From contig JBCNVM010000005.1 of NCBI GenBank assembly GCA_039630085.1, positions 36,587 to 100,586 on the forward strand: a stretch of 64,000 bases of DNA, written 5' to 3'. This stretch comes from Candidatus Caldarchaeales archaeon. Lineage in GTDB: Archaea > Thermoproteota > Nitrososphaeria_A > Caldarchaeales > Calditenuaceae. The notes beneath the pieces are model-generated. The model was not told where the DNA came from. It did no database searches and worked only from the letters and a program-made list of their open reading frames with translations. Positions within the stretch are counted from its first letter, which is position 1. The number at the start of each line of letters is the position of its first letter. The position numbers and the translations under genes were made by a program. This document shows, in pieces, positions 17,531 through 26,955 of the stretch.

Positions 17531-19099
17531 GTGACGCAGGAGGTCGGGAGGTCAATACCGAAGGCGATGGCCTCGCAGCACCCAGACCACGTCTCGGCGC
17601 CTCCTTGGTCCAACGACCCGATGATCGCGGGGGAGGACGAGGTCGTCGAGGTCTACTGGGCGTACGCGGAGTACGGCGCGGACGAGGTGATGTGGGACGC
17701 GGAGGGGAAGGACATAGACCCACACGTCCTGAGGAAGCTCATCGCCTCGTACCCGGACTACTTCAGGTCGAGGAGGCTCGGGAGGGATGTCTACCTCACC
17801 TTCAGGCTCCCGAACCCATCGATCGAGGTCGTCGAGCGCAAGGTCTTCCTCGAGACGCTCCAGTCTATCCCGAGACACAACGATGTCGCCAGGGCCTTCT
17901 ACGGCGACGACGGGCCTCCAGCGGTCTTCGAGGTGATCCTGCCCTTCACGACCAGCCACGTCGAGCTCCTCAGGGTCGGGGAGAGCTACAGGAAGGCCGT
18001 CGCCGTGCCCCTGAGGGAGCGGATCGACTTCCAGGGAACTAGGCTCGCGGACTGGGTCGGCGAGATCGAGCCGGAGTCGGTGGAGGTCATACCCCTGGTC
18101 GAGGACATAGGGACGGTATCGATGCTCGAGCAGCTTCTGGTGAAGTACGCGGAGCTCGTGGGCCCGAGGTACCTCAGGGTGTTCCTGGCCAGGTCTGACC
18201 CCGCGATGAACTACGGGTTCGTAACCGCAGTCCTCCTGGCGAAGTACGGCCTCTGGGCCTGCAGGAGGGCCTCCGAGCAGCTCGGGATACCGGTCTTCCC
18301 CATCATAGGCGCCGGCTCGCTCCCGTTCAGGGGCCACAACTCCCCGGAGAACGTCGAGGGCTTCGCGGAGGAGTACAGGGGCGTGCACACGGTAACGGTC
18401 CAGTCGGCGTTCAGGTACGACTACCCGATCGATCAGGCGAGGTCGGCGGTCTCGAGGCTGAAGTCTGCGCTCCCCGGCGGAGAGGCGAGAGAGGTCGATA
18501 GGGAGTTGATGATGAGGGTCGCCGCCAAGCTGGTCCCGGCGTTCCAGAGCAGCGTCGAGGCGGCCGCGAGGGCGATAAACCTCGTCGCTTCTTATGTCCC
18601 GCCGAGGAGGGCGAGGAGGCAGCACGTCGGGCTCTTCGGTTACAGCAGGAGGGTGGGATCGATCGCGCTGCCAAGGGCGATCCCGTTCACCGCGGCGCTC
18701 TACTCGATCGGGCTGCCGCCGGAGTTCATCGGCCTCAGAGCGCTGAGCTCTCTCAGCGAGGAGGAGTTCGACTTTCTCATGGAGACGCACGTCAACATCA
18801 GGGAGGACCTCGAGGCCGCCGCGAGGCGGGTCAGCTGGGAGAGCGTCTCCCTCTTCAGCGAGAACAGGGAGGAGGCGAGGAGCGCGTTCGGCCCCGAGTT
18901 CGTCGAGCGGTTCGTCCCGAGCTACGTCGAGGACCTCAGCACAGCCGAGGAGACGCTCGGCGTGAAGGCCGGCCCGCGATCCCTCTCCGACAGGGTCTAC
19001 CTCAACGCCGTCGAGAGCGTCGCGGTCTCCCTCCTCACCGGGCTCGACCCGAGGCAGGAGCTCATCAGGGCCGCATCGCTGCGCCGCTCCCTCGGGTGA
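17531..19099 (+). CDS. ppcA: Archaeal-type phosphoenolpyruvate carboxylase
   Basis: IP..M.SQHPD, MWD.EGK, FEVILP, VIPLVED, RVFLARSDPAMNYG, GSLPFRG, TVQSAFRYD, LPRAI.F, RRSLG. Confidence 0.95.
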   Translation: MTQEVGRSIPKAMASQHPDHVSAPPWSNDPMIAGEDEVVEVYWAYAEYGADEVMWDAEGKDIDPHVLRKLIASYPDYFRSRRLGRDVYLTFRLPNPSIEVVERKVFLETLQSIPRHNDVARAFYGDDGPPAVFEVILPFTTSHVELLRVGESYRKAVAVPLRERIDFQGTRLADWVGEIEPESVEVIPLVEDIGTVSMLEQLLVKYAELVGPRYLRVFLARSDPAMNYGFVTAVLLAKYGLWACRRASEQLGIPVFPIIGAGSLPFRGHNSPENVEGFAEEYRGVHTVTVQSAFRYDYPIDQARSAVSRLKSALPGGEAREVDRELMMRVAAKLVPAFQSSVEAAARAINLVASYVPPRRARRQHVGLFGYSRRVGSIALPRAIPFTAALYSIGLPPEFIGLRALSSLSEEEFDFLMETHVNIREDLEAAARRVSWESVSLFSENREEARSAFGPEFVERFVPSYVEDLSTAEETLGVKAGPRSLSDRVYLNAVESVAVSLLTGLDPRQELIRAASLRRSLG

Positions 19100-19143
19100 G
19101 CTCCGGTCCCGTCGGGTCCTGACAACGCTAAAGCCTGCGACGC

Positions 19144-19449
19144 GTGCCGGGTGCCGTGGCCTCTCAGCAGGGTGCGAAGAGGTACGTCGCGAGGCTCGAG
19201 GTCGAGAGTGGGGTCGCGGCGGACGTCGTCTCCGAGGTCCTGAGGAGGTTCGGGCGCTCGGTGACCGGGGTCTTCGTCGGCGGGGAAGCGGGAGGCTCCA
19301 GGGAGGTCTACGTGGAGCTGGAGTGCGAAGAGGTTGTCCTCGCGGAGTTCGTCGAGATTCTGAGGAGGAGGGGCGGGGTGAGCGCCCTCACGGTGAGGGG
19401 CCTTGAGGGGCTGATGGACTTCGCTTCGCCCTGGAGGAGGGCCCTCTGA
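19144..19449 (+). CDS. Hypothetical protein (possible ACT-like fold)
   Basis: About 100 aa with a beta-alpha-beta-beta-alpha-beta pattern judged by eye; host codon usage. Confidence 0.5.
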   Translation: MPGAVASQQGAKRYVARLEVESGVAADVVSEVLRRFGRSVTGVFVGGEAGGSREVYVELECEEVVLAEFVEILRRRGGVSALTVRGLEGLMDFASPWRRAL

Positions 19450-19453
19450 CGCC

Positions 19454-20362
19454 TCAGGGCAGCTTCCTCCTGAGCCAGCCCATTATCGCGTCGATCGGGT
19501 TTACCGAGGGCGGGTTCGTGGAGATCTTCGGACCCGCGAGGGCCAGCGGGTGGTAGACCAGTCCGGTCCTCGAGGTCGAAGAGAGCTCGAAGTCCGGGGT
19601 CATCTCGAGGGCGTAGAACGGGCACGCGTCGACGCAGAACCCGCAGAAGACGCACCTGCCGTAGTCGACTGAGGGGAAGTAGGACTTCTTGTTGACAGGT
19701 ATGTTCATGTTCCTCTTCTCGACCCGCAGGGTCACGGTGGCACCGTCCTTCGAGAGCTCGTAGACGGACCTGTCCGGAGACTCGTCCTTCACCAGCCTCA
19801 CCTCGTAGCCCTCCGAGATCAGCGCCCTGAAGGGGTCCTCGAGGTAGTTCGTGACCAGCTGGTCGAGGCCGTGCGCCCAGACCGCGTCGGCGTTGAGCCT
19901 CATCGAGTACCCTGACTGGCCCTTCGTCACGGCCTTGAGGTCCGTCAGGACCGGCGCGATCGGGTGCGAGAACCCTCCCCTGTATTCGTCCGAGATGTAC
20001 CTGGTGAACCCCTCCGCGATCAGGTCGACGGCCCTAGTCACCGGAGAGCCCCTCTTCCCCAGCTCCGCGTAGGCCGGCTCGGCCATCTCGAGGTAGACGT
20101 CGTAGGCGTAGACCATCGTTATCGCCTCGGCGATGTTCTGGCAAGCGATGTCGCAGAGGCTGCACCCAGTGCACTTGTCGATCCTCAGCAGGTGCCTGCC
20201 CTTCGACCCCGGATAAGCGACCCCGGCCTTCGGGTCGTACCTGTAGTTCTCCTGGAGCGCGCTCGGAATCCGCTCGTAAGGGTACTTGAACGTGTAGGGC
20301 TTCGCGAAGACGTGCTTGGCCGCGGTCCAGAGGGGCCCCAGCACCTCCTTCAGCGTGACCAT
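19454..20362 (-). CDS. nuoI: NADH-quinone oxidoreductase subunit I-like 2x[4Fe-4S] protein with a large insertion
   Basis: T.KYP, GRH.L..DKCTGCSLCDIAC, VDYGRCVFCGFCVDACP.YAL.MT.DFELS. Start taken as ATG 20362. Confidence 0.85.
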   Translation of the reverse strand: MVTLKEVLGPLWTAAKHVFAKPYTFKYPYERIPSALQENYRYDPKAGVAYPGSKGRHLLRIDKCTGCSLCDIACQNIAEAITMVYAYDVYLEMAEPAYAELGKRGSPVTRAVDLIAEGFTRYISDEYRGGFSHPIAPVLTDLKAVTKGQSGYSMRLNADAVWAHGLDQLVTNYLEDPFRALISEGYEVRLVKDESPDRSVYELSKDGATVTLRVEKRNMNIPVNKKSYFPSVDYGRCVFCGFCVDACPFYALEMTPDFELSSTSRTGLVYHPLALAGPKISTNPPSVNPIDAIMGWLRRKLP

Positions 20363-20465
20363 TCGGGACTCGCTCACACTCGCCGATAATAAATTGAACT
20401 GATGCACGTGCGTCCGGTCTGAGGCCGACGTTCAGGTTTTTATCAAGCGCGAGCGGGACGGCGAC

Positions 20466-20906
20466 GTGAAGTTCGAGGGCTCCTTCGAGCTCGACGCTCC
20501 ACCCGAGAAGTTCTTCAGGGTCGCGAGCGACCCGAAGCAGTTCAGCAAGGCGATCCCCGACGTCAGGAGGGTCACGGTGATCGACGAGAGGCAGTTTGCC
20601 GTCGAGTTCGTGGTCTCCCTGGGTCCGATTAGGGGGAACATGAAGGTCGACTTCAGGTACGAGGACCTCACGCCCTACAGCAGGGTCGCGGTCGTGGGGA
20701 AGGGCGGCGGGCTCCAGTCGACGGTCAACGTGAGGATCGACGCACAGGTGGAGCCGACTGAGAGGGGTTCGAGGGTCAGGTGGGCCGCGGACCTTACGGT
20801 CGGCGGGCTGGTGGCCAGTGTGGGCGGGAGGTTGATCGAGAGCGTGACGAAGGAGAAGGTGACCGAGATCATAGAGAACCTGAGGAAGATGGTCGAGAAG
20901 GGTTGA
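20466..20906 (+). CDS. CoxG/SRPBCC-family protein
   Basis: MKFEGSFELDAP, DP......IP, V.W.AD..VGG.VASVGGRLI. Confidence 0.85.
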   Translation: MKFEGSFELDAPPEKFFRVASDPKQFSKAIPDVRRVTVIDERQFAVEFVVSLGPIRGNMKVDFRYEDLTPYSRVAVVGKGGGLQSTVNVRIDAQVEPTERGSRVRWAADLTVGGLVASVGGRLIESVTKEKVTEIIENLRKMVEKG

Positions 20907-20920
20907 TGCCCTGACCCGCG

Positions 20921-22075
20921 TCAGCCCGTGATGCTGTGGTACCACCTCAGTATGTACTCCGGCAGCTTGAGTCCCCTCTCCTGCAGCCTCTCGACCAGCA
21001 GGATCGGCACGGGGCTGGTCGCGAACGCGGCCTTGATGTAGAAGTCGTTCGGCGCACCGGGCTCGGCGTCCGTCTCGATCCTGAAGGTGTGATCTGAGAG
21101 CGACTCGAGCGTCGTGTTGCTCTTCCCGACTATCGAGAGGACCGTTCCCCCGAGCTTCCTGAAGTTCCTGCACCACGAGACAACGACCTCGGTCTCACCG
21201 CTGTAGGATATCACGAGGAGGACGTCCCCGGCCCGAGGAGGCGGCGTGCTCGACTCCCCCGCGACGTAGACCTGGTCGCCGATCGCCCTCTTCACGTGCC
21301 CGAGCCTCACGGCTATCATCCTGCCCACCTCCCTCCCGCTCCCGAGACCCGCGAAGAAGGCGAGGTTCCTCCTCTCCAGGAGCTCGACGAGCGTCTTGGT
21401 GAAGTCGCTGCCGACGAAGGACTCCGCGATGCCGTTGGTCTCGTTCATCAGCCTCTGTACCCTCTCCCTGATCTCGTAGGGCCTGCCGGTGTAGAGGGAC
21501 TCCGCTATTGCCTGGAGGACGAGGCTAGCGCCGAGGATGAAGACGTCCTCGAGGATCCCGACGGACTTGAAGGCCGAAGTGTCGACCGCGTCCTCGTCGA
21601 TCTCGCGGCCCCTCACGGTCAGGCAGGTCCCGAAGTCCCTCCCCAGCCTGCCGAGCGGCGAGTTCGGGTCGCTCGTGACGACGTCCACGCTGAACTCCCT
21701 CCTCCTTCCGGTCTTGGTGATGTATAGCGCGAGCTTCTGGGCGTCCACCAGCGGCACCAGAGACCTCCCGCTCCCCGAGAGGACAAGCAGCGAGAGCTTG
21801 CCGTAGCGCTCCCAGAGGATGGGCGCAGCGCCGTCCATGTCCCGGTCGGGGAAGCCGACGTCGGCCCTGTCCATCACGACCTTCCCTCCCCTCATCTTCG
21901 CGATCTCGGAGCAGACGATGCTCAGGGCGCCCTTGCTCCTCCCCTCGCCGTTGAGCACCACCACGCCGGCTCCCTTCAGCGACGCGTAGAGCGCTGCGGC
22001 CTCGTCCCAGTCGACCTGCGAGACGTTCTCGAATACCTGGTTCATGTAACCGATGGAGCTCTTCGGGATCAGCAT
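20921..22075 (-). CDS. Tandem SIS-domain protein (6-phospho-3-hexuloisomerase-like)
   Basis: Two SIS halves: GEGRS...LSGSGRS...TS.PNSPLG and GLGSG...AGD.LLVISYSGET...S..D. Confidence 0.75.
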   Translation of the reverse strand: MLIPKSSIGYMNQVFENVSQVDWDEAAALYASLKGAGVVVLNGEGRSKGALSIVCSEIAKMRGGKVVMDRADVGFPDRDMDGAAPILWERYGKLSLLVLSGSGRSLVPLVDAQKLALYITKTGRRREFSVDVVTSDPNSPLGRLGRDFGTCLTVRGREIDEDAVDTSAFKSVGILEDVFILGASLVLQAIAESLYTGRPYEIRERVQRLMNETNGIAESFVGSDFTKTLVELLERRNLAFFAGLGSGREVGRMIAVRLGHVKRAIGDQVYVAGESSTPPPRAGDVLLVISYSGETEVVVSWCRNFRKLGGTVLSIVGKSNTTLESLSDHTFRIETDAEPGAPNDFYIKAAFATSPVPILLVERLQERGLKLPEYILRWYHSITG

Positions 22076-22202
22076 CCCTCGGCCCTACCGGATCTCGCCG
22101 TGATTTAAGCATGGGAGCTCCGCAAGTGGATCGAGCGCGGCCTCGGGCTTCCGTATGGGTAACGTACCTTAATATAACGAGCGGAGCTGTAGTGCCCGGG
22201 AC

Positions 22203-22811
22203 ATGGCGTTTCAGTACCCGTTCCCCGGAGCGACGACGCTCGGCATCAGGGGCAGGGACGCGGTGGTGCTGGCCTCGGAGAAGCGGCTGACCTACGGCTA
22301 CTTCGTCGTCTCTAAGAACGTCCGGAAGGTCTTCCAGGTAACCCCGAAGGTCGGAGCGGCCTGCGCGGGCCTAGTCTCGGACATGCAGAACCTCGTCAGG
22401 GACGTGAGGTTCCTCGTGAACCTGTACGTCATCGAGGAGAAGAGGCAGCCCTCGGTCAACTCGATCGCGAAGGTGATGTCGAACCTCCTCTTCGGGAGCA
22501 GGTACTTCCCGTACCTGACCGAGGCAATCGTGGGCGGCTTCGACGACAAGGGGCCGCACGTGATAGTGCTCGACGCGATGGGCTCGATGATCGAGGACGA
22601 CTACGCGGTCGTCGGATCGGGCGCGGAGATCGCGGTCGGCGTGCTCGAGGGCGAGTACAGGCCCGAGATGGGCTCCCAGGAGATCTACTCGCTCGCGATC
22701 AAGGCCCTCAGGGCGTCCATGGCCAGGGACAGCGGCAGCGGGAACGGCATAGACATCCTCCTCATCGGAAGCGGCGGTATCCTCAAGGACGAGACCGTCC
22801 CCGTGAGCTGA
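22203..22811 (+). CDS. psmB: Proteasome beta subunit (Ala at the Thr1 position, probably non-catalytic)
   Basis: GATTLGI, VVLASEKR, AGLVSD, GSG, RDSGSGNG. Confidence 0.93.
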   Translation: MAFQYPFPGATTLGIRGRDAVVLASEKRLTYGYFVVSKNVRKVFQVTPKVGAACAGLVSDMQNLVRDVRFLVNLYVIEEKRQPSVNSIAKVMSNLLFGSRYFPYLTEAIVGGFDDKGPHVIVLDAMGSMIEDDYAVVGSGAEIAVGVLEGEYRPEMGSQEIYSLAIKALRASMARDSGSGNGIDILLIGSGGILKDETVPVS

Positions 22812-22885
22812 GCCCCCCTGGTCTGGGCTGCACAGACTTTACGCGGTTTAAACTATATCAGATGGTATAACGCCGTTATGGATGC

Positions 22886-23614
22886 ATGGCCCTGAACCTA
22901 GTGGCCATCAAGGCCCTCCTGAACCTCTACGCCCAGAACGGGTTCTCCAGCAGCGTCAAGGTCTCAACTCCCGCGCTCGCGAAGGCGCTCGGGACCTCGC
23001 AGCAGTCGGCCTCAAGGATCCTAATCAGGCTCGAGAAGGAGGGGCTGATCGAGAGGCGGTCCGTGGGCAGGATGACGTACGTGAGGGTGACGGAGCTCGG
23101 CCTCAACAGGCTGCTGGACCTATATACTGACCTGAGGGTCGTGATCGAAAGGCCGATGGACTTCGTGCTCGAGGGCAGGGTCTTCACGGGCTTCGGCGAG
23201 GGCGGTTATTACGTCTCGCTGCCGCAATACAGGCAGCAGTTCAGGGAGAAGCTGGGGTTCGACCCCTACCCGGGGACGCTGAACGTCAGGCTCCTCTCGG
23301 TCGACTCGATACACAACAGGAGGCTCCTCAGTAGGATCGCCGACGTCAGGATCGAGGGCTTCAGGAACGGCAACAGGACCTACGGCGGCCTCAAGGCGAT
23401 CAGCGGGACCTTCAACGACTCCGAGCTATGCGCGGTGCTGTTCATCGAGCGGACTCACTACGGCGACGACGTCGTGGAGATCATCTCGCCGGTCTACCTC
23501 AGGGGGAGGTTCGGCCTGAAGGACGGCGACAAGGTCAGGGTCCGGGTCACGATACCCAAGGAGAAGGTCGAGCGCGAGCAGGTCGGCGGCGAGCTCGTGA
23601 GCGTCGGTCCCTGA
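22886..23614 (+). CDS. ribK: CTP-dependent riboflavin kinase with N-terminal wHTH (RbkR type)
   Basis: SQQSASR HTH, G.GEG.YY, LGFDPYPGTLN, ERTHY, EIISP.YLR....LKDGD. Confidence 0.93.
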   Translation: MALNLVAIKALLNLYAQNGFSSSVKVSTPALAKALGTSQQSASRILIRLEKEGLIERRSVGRMTYVRVTELGLNRLLDLYTDLRVVIERPMDFVLEGRVFTGFGEGGYYVSLPQYRQQFREKLGFDPYPGTLNVRLLSVDSIHNRRLLSRIADVRIEGFRNGNRTYGGLKAISGTFNDSELCAVLFIERTHYGDDVVEIISPVYLRGRFGLKDGDKVRVRVTIPKEKVEREQVGGELVSVGP

Positions 23615-23676
23615 GCGGCCCGAGAGGAGCGGCTTAAATCGAGGGCTTTGAGCTCAACGGCGGAGGTGCGTCGGAT

Positions 23677-24423
23677 TTGGATCTGGTCGAGGACCACGCG
23701 GAGTTCGTGAGGGGCAAGAAGGTCCTGCTGGACCTCTCTCCCGGCCCCGGAGCGGTCGGCATGATCTTCGCGAACGTCCTCCTGGAGCAGAAAGGATTCA
23801 GGAGGGTGAAGTCCCTCTTCTCGCCGCACTTCCCACAGGTCTGCCTGATCGACAGCGAGGGGGTCTCCAGCCTCCCCAAGGTCGAGGTCTATCAGTACGC
23901 GGACTCGGTCAACGCGGTAGTCCTCGTGAGGAACTTCGTCGTCGATTCAACGGAGGCCGGCGAGTCGGTCTCGGAGAAGCTCGTGAGGGAATTGGACGTC
24001 TCTCAGGACGACCTACTCATCGTGGTCTCGAGCAGCAGATTGACGGGTACCGGTGACCTTTACGTCGCCTCCACCGACCAGGAGCTCCTCAGGAGGGCCG
24101 TGGCCCTAGGCGCCAAGATGGCGCCCTTCATGGACGCGCTGCCGATGGACAGGCTCTCGTCGGCGTTGCTGAGGAGGTGCGTGATCTCAGGCGCGAAGAC
24201 GATGTTCATCGTGGCCGACACTGAGGCCTTCATGCCCGACTTCAGGGCCTCGAAGAGGCTCGCGCAGCTGATCTCGTCCCTTTTCGGGATCCAGATCGAC
24301 ACCGCGAGGTTTGACGAAGAGATCGCGAAGCAGCAGAAGTTCATCCAGCAGATGGAGAGGGCCGTTAGGGGAATGCTAGAGCACGGGGAGGAAGAGGAGA
24401 GGAGGCCTTCCTACATCGGGTGA
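23677..24423 (+). CDS. PAC2 proteasome-assembly-chaperone-like protein
   Basis: PG.G.VG.I, SPHFP.V, PD.RASK, C-terminal HbYX-like SYIG; near psmB. Confidence 0.7.
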   Translation: MDLVEDHAEFVRGKKVLLDLSPGPGAVGMIFANVLLEQKGFRRVKSLFSPHFPQVCLIDSEGVSSLPKVEVYQYADSVNAVVLVRNFVVDSTEAGESVSEKLVRELDVSQDDLLIVVSSSRLTGTGDLYVASTDQELLRRAVALGAKMAPFMDALPMDRLSSALLRRCVISGAKTMFIVADTEAFMPDFRASKRLAQLISSLFGIQIDTARFDEEIAKQQKFIQQMERAVRGMLEHGEEEERRPSYIG

Positions 24424-24424
24424 C

Positions 24425-26557
24425 TCAGTCCACGATCTCGTAGATGTAGACGTACGCGTAGGTGTTCGGGCTGTAGGGCGGACTGGAGGAGTAGACCAGC
24501 CTGAAGCCCTCGATCTGGGGCGGGGCATACGTGTAGTAGGTCTGTGCTCCGAGCCTGACGGGCTTGTAAGGTATCATCAGCCCGAGCGTCGTCTCACTCC
24601 AGAACTTCTCGGTCGCGGTGGTCGGAGATCCCTCTGGGCCGAGAAGGCTCGCCTCGTCGATCTTCGGATAGCCTATGTTTTCCGCTTCTTGATTCGCTAT
24701 CTTCAACATCCAATACCATTTGCTCTCGTCTCCGTAAAACAAGAGCTGGCCTCCCTGCTGGCCTCCGACGAAGGGCGCGAAGGTCACGAAGATCAGGACG
24801 TGCGTCGCACCGAGCTCCTTGAAGATCCTCTTGCTCGCGTTGGGGGGCGAGAGGAACGCGTAAGCGATCTTCGCGATTCTGATGCTGTCGATGGTCGTGT
24901 TGTCGATGATGCTGGTCCTGTTGCCGAGCCTCGAGATCCAGTTGCCGTAGTCCCACCAGGATGCCACGACCGCGCCCTGTGGCAGGTTGTTCCTCATCCA
25001 CTCGAGGGCCCTCGGCCAGTCGTGGAGGGGTTGCTTGACGGGCAGGCTGCTGGCCAGCACGGTCGGCGGGACGTCGGCGTAGTCGATGCTGGAGTACTGG
25101 GAGAGCCCTCCGGCCCTAGCGGGGACGTAGTAAAGCGTGAGCGCGAGCAGGACCGCCAGAGGGACCGCGATCGCGACCCTGCTCTCAAACGGAGTCCTCC
25201 TCTTCGCCCTCGGGGCTGGAGCGGCTAGGGCCCTGAAGGTCGACTCGAGGACGTGGGAGACCGTCGTCCCTGCGAGCACGGCCACGACCGGAGAGGTCGG
25301 GAGTGCCAGCCTCACCATCGAGGAGGCGAAGTAGAACGCTAGGACCGCGTATACCGTGAGGAAGACCGCCTCGTTGGTTCCCCTCTTAACCAGCAGGAAG
25401 AGCGCGAAGGGCGCGAGGAGGAGCGTCGGGCCGAAGTCGAGGAAGAGCGATCCCCAGGTCGCCAGCTGGTTCTCGGCCACCGATTGGACGATAGGGAGGG
25501 TTCCCCTCAGCTGCGGCAGGAGCACAGAGAAGAACTTCAGGCCGGGAATGTCTAGGGCGCCGAGCGCGAGGGAGGCCAGCCCTAGGACCCCGATGGCGAG
25601 CACGATGCCCCTCGTCACGAGGAGGGACCTGACCTCGTCGAGGCGCTCCTTCGCCAACCACGCGGCCACCAGATAAGGGATGACGAGCCAGCCCGCCGCC
25701 ATGCTGACCTCGGTTAGGTAGCCGACGCCGAGCTTGGGGACGTTGACCGCGATCGATGCGTAGGTCGCAAAGGCCGCGAGGTAAGCCACCAGGACTCTCC
25801 TGTCCATCCTGCCTAGAAACGCCAGCACCGCCGTGTAGAGAGGTATCAGCGCGATCACGAGCCTGTGCGCTCCCCAAGTGGCCGTGACGTATCCGACCAA
25901 CAGCCCCGCCAAGAGCCCGAAGAGCAGTGAACCTCTCAGGGTCCTCTTCTCGTTGATGGCGATCAGGTAGAAGAGAAAGGCCGCGTGCATCAGAGGTATC
26001 GAGAGGGCCTCGTCGTCGAACCAGCCGTAGTGGGTCCTCGAGATGTGAGCCGCGCTGACCGCGAGGAGGAGCGCCGAGGCGAGGGCCGCGCCCCTACCGA
26101 CGACGTACCTCGCGAAGAAGTAAACGACCACAACGGTTACCATCCCGTAGAAGACGGGAAGCGCCGAGGCTAGCGCGACGGGGTCAACCGTTGCGCCCAT
26201 CGAGGAGAGGGTCAGGTAGAGGAAGGCCATCGTGAAGGCCACGCCGGGGTAGAAGGTCGTCCCCACGTTCAGGCCCGTTGGGTGCCACGAGAGCGTGTCG
26301 ACCATCCCCCTGAACTCCCAGAACCCCGCCCAGCCCCTCTCGATGATCATCCTCGCGACCGTGTAGTGCCACCAGGGGTCGAACTCGCTCAGGACTGGGC
26401 CCCACTTGGCGGGGAGGGACCTCACCATGAATGCCGCCGAGATTGCCAGCAGCAATACCGCGGCCTCGAGGGGCGTCAGCCTCCCGCCGAGCCTCCTGTC
26501 GAGCCACCGCAGGACACCGGAGAGCCTTCCCAGCAGCCTGCGCGCTCCGCGCCGCAT
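24425..26557 (-). CDS. aglB: Oligosaccharyltransferase AglB (STT3)
   Basis: EFDPWWH, GWFDDE, SVAENQ, SWWDYG, DNTT; multi-pass N-terminal region. Confidence 0.95.
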   Translation of the reverse strand: MRRGARRLLGRLSGVLRWLDRRLGGRLTPLEAAVLLLAISAAFMVRSLPAKWGPVLSEFDPWWHYTVARMIIERGWAGFWEFRGMVDTLSWHPTGLNVGTTFYPGVAFTMAFLYLTLSSMGATVDPVALASALPVFYGMVTVVVVYFFARYVVGRGAALASALLLAVSAAHISRTHYGWFDDEALSIPLMHAAFLFYLIAINEKRTLRGSLLFGLLAGLLVGYVTATWGAHRLVIALIPLYTAVLAFLGRMDRRVLVAYLAAFATYASIAVNVPKLGVGYLTEVSMAAGWLVIPYLVAAWLAKERLDEVRSLLVTRGIVLAIGVLGLASLALGALDIPGLKFFSVLLPQLRGTLPIVQSVAENQLATWGSLFLDFGPTLLLAPFALFLLVKRGTNEAVFLTVYAVLAFYFASSMVRLALPTSPVVAVLAGTTVSHVLESTFRALAAPAPRAKRRTPFESRVAIAVPLAVLLALTLYYVPARAGGLSQYSSIDYADVPPTVLASSLPVKQPLHDWPRALEWMRNNLPQGAVVASWWDYGNWISRLGNRTSIIDNTTIDSIRIAKIAYAFLSPPNASKRIFKELGATHVLIFVTFAPFVGGQQGGQLLFYGDESKWYWMLKIANQEAENIGYPKIDEASLLGPEGSPTTATEKFWSETTLGLMIPYKPVRLGAQTYYTYAPPQIEGFRLVYSSSPPYSPNTYAYVYIYEIVD

Positions 26558-26606
26558 CGCCGGTTACCGCGTGGCCTCACCTAATAACGTAACCCCACGG
26601 ATTTGC

Positions 26607-26900
26607 TCACTTGGCGAGCCCGAAGGCCAGTCCGACTAGGAACCCGACGAAGAACAGCGGATAGCTCAGAAGCGGTCCGAGCGCGCTCCTCGCCGAATCC
26701 ACTACCGGTCTCAGGGCCACGAGGATGGTCCGAATTGGTGGCGCGTCGGCGAGGGCGAGGCCGAGGAGATGCGCGACGATGATGACCGTCAGCACCAACG
26801 CGAGTCCCCTGAGAGCCCGCGCCGTCCCGTATCCAATCAGCATTCCAGCCATTAGGGTGAGTCCGTGGACCACGTACTGCTGGGTCAGGGCGTCCAGCAA
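26607..26900 (-). CDS. Small membrane protein (FUN14-like)
   Basis: Three hydrophobic segments, G.LIGY...RAL and terminal GF.VG...G. Confidence 0.5.
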   Translation of the reverse strand: MLDALTQQYVVHGLTLMAGMLIGYGTARALRGLALVLTVIIVAHLLGLALADAPPIRTILVALRPVVDSARSALGPLLSYPLFFVGFLVGLAFGLAK

Positions 26901-26955
26901 CGCAGCCCTCTAGTGTCAGTTTGAGCAGACGCCTATAATTTTTTCCGTCACACCG

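Noticed and set aside
19700-20108. Possible intein in NuoI
   Set aside because: No N-terminal Cys/Ser block, no His-Asn terminus and no LAGLIDADG motifs; treated as a domain insertion.
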